From assembly GCF_964204645.1 (NCBI RefSeq), contig NC_134035.1:4340001-4404000 (forward strand): 64,000 bases of DNA, read 5' to 3'. The translations under genes and the position numbers were made by a program. The stretch comes from Tubulanus polymorphus. Its lineage: Eukaryota > Animalia > Nemertea. Of the stretch, positions 38,931-50,427 are shown piece after piece. Each line of letters begins with the position of its first letter. Position 1 is the first letter of the stretch. Under the pieces are notes generated by a model that did not search any database, had not been told where the DNA came from, and was given only the letters and a program-made list of their open reading frames with translations.

Positions 38931-41192
38931 CTCAGTCAAATTTCCAACTAGTTGCTTTCAAAGTAGATGGCCTTCGTCATCTAATTAATCATTCTTCAAA
39001 GTCACAGCGGAAATACATATGATGATAATAGACATACGCGAGGAGCGGGATCATTTACAAATCGACCTCGCTTAGCAATTACGTACGATGAAAATCTAAT
39101 CAAACGGCCTGAAATTCGAGCCGGGATTTATAATACAATATGTGTGTAGAGTAAAGCGTTGATCGATCTAACAACGATGATGATACATACGTAAGGTTTC
39201 TTTCGAGACTTACGTGTGTGAGCGTGTACGCAATATCCATAAGGTATACGTAATATCGGCGGTATTTTTATGGTTTCATATTCATCCGGAAATCGTGGAT
39301 CCCATCCCCGTTCCGACGCAGATTTCCGACGAATGAAACTGAATCCGAAACGAGACTTTTCGCTTGCGAGTTTATACGGTCGTTTTTCGATATACCGTTC
39401 GAACGAACTGCGCGCGTTATATGAGAATTCGACTTCGTTTATAGAGTCACGGTGCATTACGCACACACACACATTTTTGACTGCAGAAATGAATATATTA
39501 CACATTAATACATATGTCTGACAAAATGGAGGATCCAAATGGGATAACTGACAGAAAATAGGAGAATTCCAGTTTCAACCGTTGGAGCTCTCCATTGCAC
39601 TTTGGCTTCATGGGGACTGCCATCTTTGACATTGATTGGGCTTTTATACTGCTCCTCGGCCTTAAATGGTCAGCGCAAAGTCGTAAATATCCAGACTTCG
39701 CTCGATAGGATTTTTTTTTTTACGACGATCGTCGTCGGCCGTCTTCAAAGCTCTTCGAAGCGGGGGCTGAAACGTAACTCCGTCGCGGTTCCCACGGGGT
39801 CGAAACCGTTTCGGCGGCAAAAACAATCTTTTCGTTGTCGTGATATTCTGAAAACCACCCGGGGGGGGGGGGGGGGGGTTGGGGGTGGGTTTTAGCGATC
39901 GGGTAATGAATGAAATATTTTTCATATAACAGACAAATCCGTTGAGCTTTGACTGACAACATGAAAGAACCGACTGAAAAGATTTATCTATTCCCAGATA
40001 CAGACGGATAAGACCGAAAACATCGTTGATTCGCGCGAGACATTAATAATTCAGACTTCTTCTTTCTTGAACGCCTTTTTGCTTAATGGCGGTTAGCTTT
40101 CCGATTCAACGGAATTCACATTCGCACCCCGTTACCGCGGTTGCGCAATGTCGAACGTTGAATAGTCCGCGATTCAGAAATGAATCAAATGTCTATTTCT
40201 AATCTTCGTATTTATAAAACGACGCGAAAATGTTTCTAAGTTACTCGGGTCAAATTTCAATTTCTCCGAACAGCGAAACGTTTTTTTTTTTTTTTTGTAA
40301 TTCATTTTTCCGACGTTCAGAAATCAATAGAATTCTACTTACGGCATTTGGTATTTGATTCATTCGTGCTCCCGAATTTATCTTTCGTCACTTTTTATCG
40401 AAATAAAGGAAAACTGATAGAACTGAGCTCCGCGCTTGCTGCGGTCACCTCTTAGTCAAGCGGACACCTCTTAGTCACCACTCTTACCACACTATCACCA
40501 AATTCGCATATTGTTCTAATTACAGTTATCGAAAGGAAAGGACAGAAGGAAAGGACAGACGCGTCTACATCCACGCACTAGCATGAGCCTTAATTATATT
40601 AGCCCCTAATCCCTATATAGACACAAGCGAAAAATGGCATAAGCTTCAATCGAAATTGTACGCTTTCGTGCTCGCTATATTTGATTACAGGATCCAGACA
40701 TTAATTATTCCGCATCGCATAAATCTCGGGACGGACTTTCTGGCTTTTTCGCGTGCGCCTGTCGTATATTGTGAATGTCGACTTTTTTTTTAAAGCTATC
40801 TGCACGATTAAACCGCGCACGAATATCGATAAATGACATTTATAAAGCGTGTTTGATATGTTCCTGACTATCCCCCCCCCCCTGTAGCCTCTAGGCGTAC
40901 GTATCAGTCGTCTCTCGCACCCATACTCGGCGCTCTAGAGGGATTCGCTATGCAATTGCTTCTGGGGATGGAGATGGCAGTTGGGGTGCTCAAGAGTCAT
41001 CTATCACGCCATTAATGGGTAGAGAGATGAACGTTTTTCGCGACGGACACTTATGATCCGGTAGAGCGAATGCAAATTTGTTCAGGTTGAGAATGTTTTT
41101 GAAATACTTTTTAAATATAGTTTATACCGTCGAATATTCCAATATATATTTGGTGACTTTTATTAGGTCAGGGATACAGTACAGGGCACCAA

Positions 41193-41387
41193 AAAATCTG
41201 TTCGTTATAACTGATACAGCGGAACCTCGTTACAACGAACTTCAGGAGACCAGAAAATCTGTTCGTTATAACTGATACAGCGGAACCTCGTTACAACGAA
41301 CTTCAGGAGACCTGAAAATCTGTTCGTTATAACTGATACAGCGGAACCTCGTTACAACGAACTTCAGGAGACCTGAAAATATGTTAT
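41193..41387 (+). repeat. 61-bp satellite array (about 3 units)
   Basis: Period 61 (ggaacc at 41221, 41282, 41343). Confidence 0.93.
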
Positions 41388-43700
41388 AGGGGCCTAACTG
41401 TGACCAGTGAAATCTGAAAGTCTATTTTGAATGCATAAATTGATATATCTGAAAAGGTTCTGCCGCGCGTAGAAAACAGCTATAAATCTCATGTAATTTT
41501 ATGGACCTGTTATTTGCTACGATGAGCCGTTCATTTCATCTTAATCAATCGAGAAATTCCGATTAAAAAGTCGGTATTCGACGTGATATTGTACTCGAGT
41601 ATAATACGTACTTAAAGCCCTCTCTCTCGGTATTGAGAGGATTAGATGATTGACTGTCGGTTTCAGCCGTCAATTCATGTTATGGTAATTTATACGAGAT
41701 TTAATTCGATTTCAGCATCTGTGTCGTCTGCCTGGTAGTTTACATAACGAGAATAAATTCATACAGGAATAAAAAAAACACGATGAATTTCATATTCGAA
41801 CGCGTGGTAGATATAGAATTCATTGTTTGTTTTTTTCCCTAGCCTAGCGATAAAAAGGCTCGCATCGATTTATGAAAGCCTAGTTGAGATTTACAGTGCA
41901 AGCCATGTCCCACTAGCGACTAGCAAGCTGGTGGTTTGTTTATAACGTTTACGGGAACTCATCTGGTTCACACCAGTATCACACAGTATCACAGTGACAA
42001 ATCGAAAATAAAGTTTTTCATATATGTTTGATTTTGGTCATAGTATTCGTCTTAATTAGAATTCGCCGATTTTTTAATGAGGATTCCTCTAGTGATTATT
42101 GATTCGAATATGAAATCTGTATTTTCAGTTTATCAAAATTTTGTTCGATTTCGATTAAATTTAACACAACGTTGCTGAAATTTCCAGTTTGATATAACTT
42201 TCAGCTAAAAGGTTTTCTGACGCATAGAATTATGCACTACAGATCTGAAACTGTTTTGTGTATATAGGTTTATAACTATAGGCTATGCGCTCTATGTGAT
42301 GAGGTGGATAACACCCCCCTAAATGTCATTCAAAGATTTGAAAATTTGAAAAAATTTGTAAGTTGCTTTTATATGCACGAGAAGAACGCACTAAGTAAGT
42401 TGCTTATATTATGCGCGAAGGAGGGCTTAAAATAAATTTTAAGCCGCAGATATGACTATATTACATGTTGTATATATTTATTGCCAAACTCATAAACTGT
42501 ATTCATACACATGCTTACACATCCCTGACAAAAAGGAGGGTCCAAATCGGTTAACTGCCGGAGATATTAGGGAAATACCAGTGCTCTACGGGTTCCAAAG
42601 AAACTGCCATGTCTGACAGGATGATGGACCTTTTATACGCGAACTCAGCCTTTAAACTAAATCTTAAGTCGCAGACTTAATGACTATATTACATGTCTAC
42701 ACGTATCCCCGACAAAAGGGAGGGTCCAAATCGGTAAACTGACTGAGAGATATACCAGTTTCAACCTGTGGAGCTCTTCACTGCTCTTTATGGGTTCAGA
42801 CTCGTATATCATAAAATGCTTACTCGATTCAACGCAGTCGATAAAAAACCAATTGTGCTCGCGAAATAAGAATTTAATCTATTGCGAATATCTTGAAAAT
42901 GAGTTCAACCTATAGGGAACGTATGTATCGACCGAAACGGAAATATATAGGCCCTATAAGATCGCGAATTTTGTATCCGACTCGTTTTGCCTCAAATTCA
43001 AAAATTTGATTTACGAAGATCGGGAACTAAAATGAAAAGAAAAACCCCGCAATGATTAAGTTAAACAAATGGAGAGTATTGACATTTCAACTGATTGATG
43101 CTATGAGCCATGTTTACAAAACCGAGATTATTTTTCGTGATCGTAGATCTTTAGTTCAATTGAATTGAAGACGGAAACGTGAAGAAAATCAATTCGCAAA
43201 TGATATGACCTGACTACCGGGAAATTAGAAAAACGCATAGAAAAGATTCTTTTTAGTGAATCGATGGATTCCGATAATGAAAGTACGATTCGAAATGTTT
43301 CGCTCGAAAAGCGTCATCACATATTTTACGAAACTATCTTCACGTGTATTTTTTGCAAACCTGTTTATAGTTATCGTCGTCGATATTCCACCGAGAGCGC
43401 GATGATAAGTTTTCTAGCTGGTTATCCGCTACATTGTCGGGGTGTCGTGCCTGGATCGGCGAGCGTCTGAAGCAATGTGATATGACATTGCGTCGCGTTT
43501 GACGAGATCGCTATTCCACGCGGCGCTACATGCAGCGCGCGCTTGTGTGCGTGACGGTATATTAATTGAAATAAGTGTAAATTCTATTAGAATGAAAACA
43601 TTGTTTTCAAAGTTAGGTTACAGGGAAATTGTACACCCAAGTTTGCCTAGTATATCAGGCGTGGATCTAGGGTCTGATTCCGGGAGGGGTGCATCCCTAA

Positions 43701-44436
43701 GATGAATATAGGAAAAAATGGCCGGGAAAAATGGCCATGGAAAAAATGGCCGAGGTATTTGCCTAGGAAGAAATGGCCAAGGAAAAAATGGCCACGGAAA
43801 AAAAGGCCAGTCAGGGAAAATTTATGAGAACTACTGACTATGTTAATAAAACATTTTTCAATTTAATGACCTCATTTATTTTTCATGGGGCTTAAAACAA
43901 TTAAAATCGGTATTAATGAGTTCAGAAATGTGATGAACTTACATATTATTTCAATACATATAATGAATATATCAAGAAACTATCATGCAAGTGGTCAATG
44001 GATAAACTTGATATAGTGATAAATTTAAACTTAATAAATTGACTAAATTGATAATTTCAAAACATCTAAGTAAGCTATTAGGGCACAGACTGTCTTAAAT
44101 CATCAAAGGTAAATGCATTGAAATTGCATGGTAATTTATATAGCAAACTGGTGTAGTGTCTGATAACATCGAAGAGAGATATGCTCATCATAGATTTACC
44201 TTATCTTATCCAGGAATAGATCTAATAATCTCAAAAAGTGACATGTCAAAACATCAATACATTTGATTTCTTGTTAGTCAATGAAATGATGGTTAATTTT
44301 CTATTTAATCTTCCTTGGCCTTTTTTTCCGTGGCCATTTTTTCCTTGGCCATTTATTCCTAGGCGAATACCTTGGCCATTCTTTCCTTGGCCTTTTTTTC
44401 CTGGCCAATTTTTCCTTGGCCATTTTTTCCGTTCTC
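43701..44436. mobile_element. Foldback/MULE-like non-autonomous element
   Basis: Left arm of (ggaaaaaatggcc)n and inverted right arm of (ggccattttttcc)n around an AT-rich core; ccctaa on both flanks. Confidence 0.75.
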
Positions 44437-45860
44437 CCCCTAAAATAGGGCCTATCGTATAATGAAAAGGGAATCCCGTAGAAAGCCCATCGAAAAACAT
44501 TGACTCAAGCTTATGAATTTGAACTTTTTTAACCCCGTTGAATATCACCGACCATTGACAGTAGTTAGTGTTTAGAGAGGGCAGCGCCTTACTGTCTGTG
44601 AACTAGCTGTGAAGACCCCGGTGAGTTTACTGGTAAACGCTGAAAAAGTTTTTATTTTACGAGCTTTCACTAAAATCGGATTGAAAGCCAACATTTTGGC
44701 TGTGCGCGGCTATCCAGTAGTGTAGGTCAGCGGATATTTCAGTTCACGACCCGCATTCTGGCTATAATCCTTATCAACCGGTAAAGATGTACGCCAATTA
44801 TTCCCGATATTCGTAAATTGAGTTAACTAACTTAGTTACAGTTCACCGCAGATCGCTAAGTGACTGTTATTGTTAGAGAATCCGAACCGTAAAACTCCGA
44901 CTCTAGCGAGGAAGAGGTTTCAAGGACAATGTGCGGATGACGTTCGTTTCTGTTTGCCGGGTTCCAGTAAGGCCGTCCAACCGGCAACCGGGTTAGAAAT
45001 CGGATGTAGATAATTCGAGAACGGGTCTCGGATCGATTTTTTGTTCGGTTAAATTTGGCGCGCTCGAAAATGTAACAGACTGTTTTAGAACGGACTTCAC
45101 TACGATGTGGTTTTGTTCTGAATTCGAACGGACTGGATCTAAAACGTACTAAATTAGGTCGTGCGAACACTAATGAGAATACACTAGACATTGAGACTGT
45201 AGATGGTAGTCCAGATGCGTATGAGAATTCGATGGCGGGGAGAAGTTGAATATTAATACAATTCTCCCCTGGAGACGTCTGTTGTTGACACACACTCGAA
45301 CTAAGGTAGGAATTCTCAGCAGACTTATGTCCTTGGGAGTATGTGAGCTGTGTACGATTAATTTCCACCTTCCACGACGACACGAAAAAGGCGCATCGAT
45401 AGAGAGTTGATGTAAAAGTCTCTTTACCGAGTCGAAAAAAGGAAGGCATTAAGAGTTTCGTATGATCAATTATGAATGATGCTGTGTATGCTAATAGATT
45501 TTCAGCCAGGTGAACAACCGAGTATCGTAAACTGCAAAAAGTACATCGAAAGAGAATTCATCTAAAATAAAGTCTCCACCGAGTTCGAAGAGAGATGTTC
45601 AGCGTTTCGTATATGATGAATTATAAATAACGCTTTATAAGTTGATAGATTTTCAGTCAAGTGAAAACGGCGCACGCCTGAATGGTTATTAGTGATCGAG
45701 TCGGCGAACTACTCTAACGACTATTAGACTTAGTGTATTTCCATCGAGTACTGTACCCTTTCCTATGGTTTTTGCCAATATTTTCTAAATTTGGATTTAT
45801 CGCCAATGGTTTTTCTATACGACCCGGCCCTGCGGTATTGCATTTAGCCACCGGCGAAAT

Positions 45861-45870
45861 CCGCCATCTT
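45861..45870 (+). promoter_or_regulatory. YY1/Pho-type motif in the DIRS ITR (mirror copy near 51762-51771)
   Basis: CCGCCATCTT matches the CCGCCATNTT consensus. Confidence 0.45.
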
Positions 45871-46078
45871 TTTTCTTGGCGTTCTCGCAGTAGAACGCGT
45901 TGGATTTTTTCGCCGTAAAAATCTGGGAATTAGGATATTAGGGAGTTTTCACTCTCGTAACGGTGAGTCCGTTCGGTTTGGGGGTTATCCCTGATTTCTT
46001 TTTTTCCGTAAGAATTTTATTTACAAATATAATTTGATTGAATTGAATTGAATTGTTTTGATTTGTAACAGGATAATT

Positions 46079-47146
46079 ATGCCACCCCCTCCTAAGGGTC
46101 AGCATCGTGGCGGGGAGGGATGCGGGCATTTGTTTGGCGCCTGGGACAACCACGATTCATGTGCGTCGTGCAGGCGCAAATCCGGTCAAATATGTGCAAG
46201 GAGCAATCCTTGCAATATTTGCGTCGTGTGGTCCGAGGACCTTTGGCTTCAGGCCGATAAGGCTCTTAAACTAAGAGATCGTCGTCGAGTTAGCAGGGAT
46301 TCGTCGGTTTCGGCCGATGTGCCAACCGACGTTTCTAATCCTGTTTCTTATCGTAAAGCGGAGCGGTCGCCGGTCGTTCAGGTACGATCGGCTTCCCAAC
46401 TCCGTTCACCGGGGAGGAACGCTGGTTCACCGGCACCGGTCTCCGGTCATTCACCGGTCTCTGGTCGTTCACCGGCACCGGTCTCCGGTCATTCACCGGT
46501 CTCTGGTCGTTCACCGGTTCGGCCGGTTCGGCCGGTTCGGCCGGTTCGGCCGGTTCAGACTACATATTCGGAACCGAGCGCGCGCCGCGGTAGTCGCGAA
46601 CGGCCCGCACCGGTTCGGTCGGTACCGGTCCGGTCCGGGTCGGGCATCGGTCCGGTTCGGTCCGGTTCGGCCACCGGTCCGGTCCAGACGTCGTCCGGTT
46701 CAAAACATCCGGTACGTTCATCGTCTGATTCTGATCGTCGCTCCAGGGATAGAGCTCGCTCTCCCACTAGATTTAGACGCCGTGAGCGTAATAAACGAGC
46801 AAGATCTCCTTCTCGCAGATCAAGGTTTGATCGCGAGAGGGACTACGATCGTTATTGTCGGAAGTTTCGCCGTCGGTCTTCTCATCGTTCGTCGACGTCG
46901 GTTAGCGATGAAAGCGATTCTTCTAGTAGGTCGCGATCCCGTTCGAGGGACCGTCACCGAAGTCGGCATGATCGTCGGGATACTGGAAAATACCTGACTC
47001 AGAAGGATTTCCATGTATTTGAGGAGAAAATTTTAAACTTGTTATCTTCGTCGCAACAAGTCGCTGCAACTTCTACAACAGGTAAGCCTATTCCTGATTG
47101 TCCGGTTAGAAGTTCGCCAGCCCACTCAGTTTTTTCGGAATTCTGA
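46079..47146 (+). CDS. DIRS gag, N-terminal part (Cys/His zinc-finger, Pro/Arg/Ser-rich)
   Basis: MPPPPKGQH...CGH...DNHDSCASC...C....PCNIC..W; ATG 7 nt after the acceptor at 46071. Confidence 0.85.
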   Translation: MPPPPKGQHRGGEGCGHLFGAWDNHDSCASCRRKSGQICARSNPCNICVVWSEDLWLQADKALKLRDRRRVSRDSSVSADVPTDVSNPVSYRKAERSPVVQVRSASQLRSPGRNAGSPAPVSGHSPVSGRSPAPVSGHSPVSGRSPVRPVRPVRPVRPVQTTYSEPSARRGSRERPAPVRSVPVRSGSGIGPVRSGSATGPVQTSSGSKHPVRSSSDSDRRSRDRARSPTRFRRRERNKRARSPSRRSRFDRERDYDRYCRKFRRRSSHRSSTSVSDESDSSSRSRSRSRDRHRSRHDRRDTGKYLTQKDFHVFEEKILNLLSSSQQVAATSTTGKPIPDCPVRSSPAHSVFSEF

Positions 47147-48389
47147 CTCTGAATTCCTGGATGCTGCGGTAGGGTCTGATTTCAATGAGGATCCGGTCCC
47201 AGAGGCGGCAATTCCTTCTGGGGTCGTTCCTGTCGCAAGCAATTGTGGGTTGCCCCAGACGATGGGGGCTTCCCTGGCTCGCAATGTATCTCCGTCCCGT
47301 TCAGTTGTATCCGAACCAGCGGGGGACATGCCATTTAGAGCGATGATAAGTGAGTTCTTTGTCAAGCACGGGGCAACTCGCGCTAAGCCCACAGCAGCTC
47401 CTCTGGTCGGTGAGTCAATGGAAGCTTATCGCCCTCCGGACTCCGATCTTAACGTTTTACGGGAATCGTCAGCGGTTTCAAGAGAATGGGCTCGATTGGA
47501 TACGCAATTATGGGGTGAATGTCGGCCTGGAACTTTTTCATTTCCCCCTCCAGAACGGGGTATGAAATCTGGGAAATATTTTAGTTCAACCGATCCACCT
47601 ATAGGCGCATTTCGCTCGGCGTATTACGCAACTCCAGGTGCTGTGGATCACAGTCATAACTGCCTGGATGCTGATTATACTTTGATCAGCCCGGATACTG
47701 TTACAGCACAGTCGGGTATTCGTTTGCCTAAGTCCGGTTTGGTGGCCATGACGTCAATCCTGGACAATCTTACCAGGGTTGGTTCGTTTCAAGATATGGC
47801 ACTTAAGGTGTTGACGGGTGAGCTTCGCGAGACTCACGCCGCCGTTCATGCGGGCTCCGACCCAGAGTCAGTTGCCCTAAAACTGGAGGGAATGGACCGG
47901 ATTATCCAATCTTTGGCTCGGTCTGTTTCGCATGTAATTCCGTTGTCGGTTCGGGGTCAGGCTAATCTGGTGTTAGCCTCCCGTCAGTCAGTGATGGACT
48001 CCAGTGCCAAAACTCGTCTACCGGATATGGTGTCCAATGCTTTGCTGAGAGCCCCATTGGGGACGTCTTCACGTCTCTTCTCCGGTTGGTGCGCTCCGGT
48101 TTCCGCAGAGCTGAGGAAGATTCGGGAGGTTCAGGCCAAGTCCAACCCCCGAACTCCGTGGAAAAAGCGTTCTGGTCCGACGCCGGCGGCGCAAGGTTCG
48201 GCACGGACGCAAACAGGACCATCTCAAACTTCAGCGCTTTCTCAGGCGGCTTCGGATGCCGGTTGGAGAACTAGCGCGCGACTTCAACAATCGTGTCAAG
48301 CCTCGTCCGGTCGTAACAGTTCCGGTTCGTATCGAGGCAAGGGGAAGGCTCCAAAAAGGGGCTCTTCCTTTCGGAAAAACTCGAAATGA
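47127..48389 (+). CDS. DIRS gag, C-terminal part (+1 frame relative to the N-terminal part)
   Basis: Frame open from 47037 to TGA 48389; helical region and LLRAPLGTSSRLF motif typical of DIRS gag ends. The start coordinate is approximate. Confidence 0.75.
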   Translation, partial: QFFRNSDSEFLDAAVGSDFNEDPVPEAAIPSGVVPVASNCGLPQTMGASLARNVSPSRSVVSEPAGDMPFRAMISEFFVKHGATRAKPTAAPLVGESMEAYRPPDSDLNVLRESSAVSREWARLDTQLWGECRPGTFSFPPPERGMKSGKYFSSTDPPIGAFRSAYYATPGAVDHSHNCLDADYTLISPDTVTAQSGIRLPKSGLVAMTSILDNLTRVGSFQDMALKVLTGELRETHAAVHAGSDPESVALKLEGMDRIIQSLARSVSHVIPLSVRGQANLVLASRQSVMDSSAKTRLPDMVSNALLRAPLGTSSRLFSGWCAPVSAELRKIREVQAKSNPRTPWKKRSGPTPAAQGSARTQTGPSQTSALSQAASDAGWRTSARLQQSCQASSGRNSSGSYRGKGKAPKRGSSFRKNSK

Positions 48390-50427
48390 ATTCTTGGGAC
48401 CAGTGGGAGGTTGTCTGCAGCAGGCAGCAACCCACTGGTCCGACCTCTTTGGAGACGGTTGGCCCTCCCGGGTCGTCTCTCGGGGCTACCGTCTCCGTTT
48501 CCTAAGGCGACCGCGCCTGATGAGGTCACCTCCCGACATGCGGCCAAAACCAGGTCTGGAGGCCTTAATCTCTCCGGCTCTCAAGGAACTGGCAGAGAAG
48601 GGAGCGATAGAACCAGTTTGCAACGAAACTTCTCCCGGCTGGTTTTCTCGAATATTCATGGTACCAAAGGCCACAGGGGGTCAACGGACAGTGATAGATC
48701 TGTCATCCCTCAATCGGCACCTAGACATTCCAAGGTTCCGGATGACCAAGCCCAAGGACGTGATTCAAGGGCTCCGTCCGGGTCAATGGGCGGCTTCATT
48801 GGACCTGAAGGATGCTTACTTTCAGGTTCCAATTCACCCAAAATCTCGGCGATTTCTCAGGATAAAGTGGAAAGGCCGCCAGTTCCAATTCAGGTCTCTT
48901 CCATTTGGCCTCAGTACGGCCCCGTGGGTTTTCACCAAGTTGGTCAAGTCAGTTCAGAAGGTACTTCAGTCAAGGGGTGTTCGACTGTTCGTTTACCTCG
49001 ACGACTGGTTAATAGTCGCGAATTCGGCTCAGGAATGTCGGGAGGCAATGACCTCAGTCTTGGACTTAGTCCATCAGCTAGGGTTCCGCGTAAACAGGGA
49101 AAAATCTCAGTTGACGCCGGCCCAACAGTTCACTTATCTCGGCATGGACTTCGATCTCCGAATCGGCAAAGTCTTTCCGTCTATGGTTCGAGTGGCCAAA
49201 CTTCAAGAAGCTGTAGCGGGAGTGTCCACAACCCCGAGAACAGCTCGTTACTGGTCACGGCTTCTAGGCTCCATCAGCTCCATGGGTCTGGTGGTGCCCT
49301 TAGGCCGCCTCAGAAGCAGGCGCTTGCAACAATATTGGAAGGTCTTCTGGTCTCAGTCGAAGGGCAACTGGGAGGCCTTGATTCCCGTACCTCCAACCGA
49401 TCTAAGTCCGGATCTTCAGTGGTGGGCGGCCACTACGAATCTTCGGCTCGGGGTGTCACTAGCCCCGTTAGAGGCTCCAGTTCGTGTATTCACGGATGCC
49501 AGTCACCAAGGTTGGGGGGCACATCTGGAGAACCGAGTCAAAGCCGGGAAATGGTCTCGCTACGAGGCCACCAACCACATAAATTTCCTAGAAATGCTGG
49601 CCGTGTGGAAGGCCCTGAAGTTCTTTCACAGGAGAGTGGAGGGCCACCACGTTTGGTTAGCCACGGACAATTCAACAGTGAGGGCTTACCTTCAGAACCA
49701 AGGGGGCACTCACTCAGAAACCCTCACAGGTCTGTCGGCCAAAATTCTTCTTTGGTGCCAGACAAAGGGCGTGTCCCTGACTGTGGCACATTTAGCAGGG
49801 AAAAGGAACGTGATGGCCGATGCTCTGTCTCGTCGAGGTCAGGCTATTGCAACAGAATGGGTTCTCCACCAAGAAGTAGTCGATCGGGTTCGGGGCATTT
49901 TTGGCAATCCGCTGCTGGATCTGTTTGCCACCCGGTTCAATCGGAGGTGTCCTCTGTTTGTGTCCCCGTTTCCAGACGCGGAAGCGTGGGGGGTCGATGC
50001 CTTCTCTCTGGACTGGTCAGGGATGCATGCGTATGCGTTCCCGCCCACACCAGTCCTGCCGCGCCTACTGGATCAAATAGAGAGATCAGTCAATTGCAAC
50101 ATAGTTCTGGTAGCACCATGTTGGCCGGCTCAGAAATGGTTCCTACCACTTCTCAACCTACTGTGCGACAACCCCAGGATTCTTCCGAATTTCCCATCGC
50201 TTCTGTCTCAGGGGATCTTTCGGCATCATCCAAACAGCCAGTGGTTAAATCTGCTCGCCTGGCCATTGTCCAGCGATCCTTGTCAGCTTCAGGCTTTTCA
50301 GAACAGGCTGCCTCCTTTATCGCAGGATCTAAGCGGCCATCAACAAGTACCATTTACGATGCCAAATGGAGTCATTTTGCGGATTGGTGTGCTGCAGGGG
50401 AAATTGATCCATGCTCACCCTCTGTAG
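48256..50427 (+). CDS. DIRS pol: reverse transcriptase, RNase H, N6-adenine-methyltransferase-like domain
   Basis: LDLKDAYFQVP, LPFGLSTAP, YLDDWL (RT); VFTDAS, HINFLEM, TDNST, NVMADALSR (RNase H); DLFA and YAFPP (MT). Confidence 0.96.
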   Translation: MPVGELARDFNNRVKPRPVVTVPVRIEARGRLQKGALPFGKTRNEFLGPVGGCLQQAATHWSDLFGDGWPSRVVSRGYRLRFLRRPRLMRSPPDMRPKPGLEALISPALKELAEKGAIEPVCNETSPGWFSRIFMVPKATGGQRTVIDLSSLNRHLDIPRFRMTKPKDVIQGLRPGQWAASLDLKDAYFQVPIHPKSRRFLRIKWKGRQFQFRSLPFGLSTAPWVFTKLVKSVQKVLQSRGVRLFVYLDDWLIVANSAQECREAMTSVLDLVHQLGFRVNREKSQLTPAQQFTYLGMDFDLRIGKVFPSMVRVAKLQEAVAGVSTTPRTARYWSRLLGSISSMGLVVPLGRLRSRRLQQYWKVFWSQSKGNWEALIPVPPTDLSPDLQWWAATTNLRLGVSLAPLEAPVRVFTDASHQGWGAHLENRVKAGKWSRYEATNHINFLEMLAVWKALKFFHRRVEGHHVWLATDNSTVRAYLQNQGGTHSETLTGLSAKILLWCQTKGVSLTVAHLAGKRNVMADALSRRGQAIATEWVLHQEVVDRVRGIFGNPLLDLFATRFNRRCPLFVSPFPDAEAWGVDAFSLDWSGMHAYAFPPTPVLPRLLDQIERSVNCNIVLVAPCWPAQKWFLPLLNLLCDNPRILPNFPSLLSQGIFRHHPNSQWLNLLAWPLSSDPCQLQAFQNRLPPLSQDLSGHQQVPFTMPNGVILRIGVLQGKLIHAHPL

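Noticed and set aside
40420-40602. Helitron-like non-autonomous element
   Set aside because: End motifs are suggestive, but it is single-copy here and the boundaries cannot be verified.
44238-44548. WPFFP / GKNG repeat ORFs
   Set aside because: Translation of the foldback element arms.
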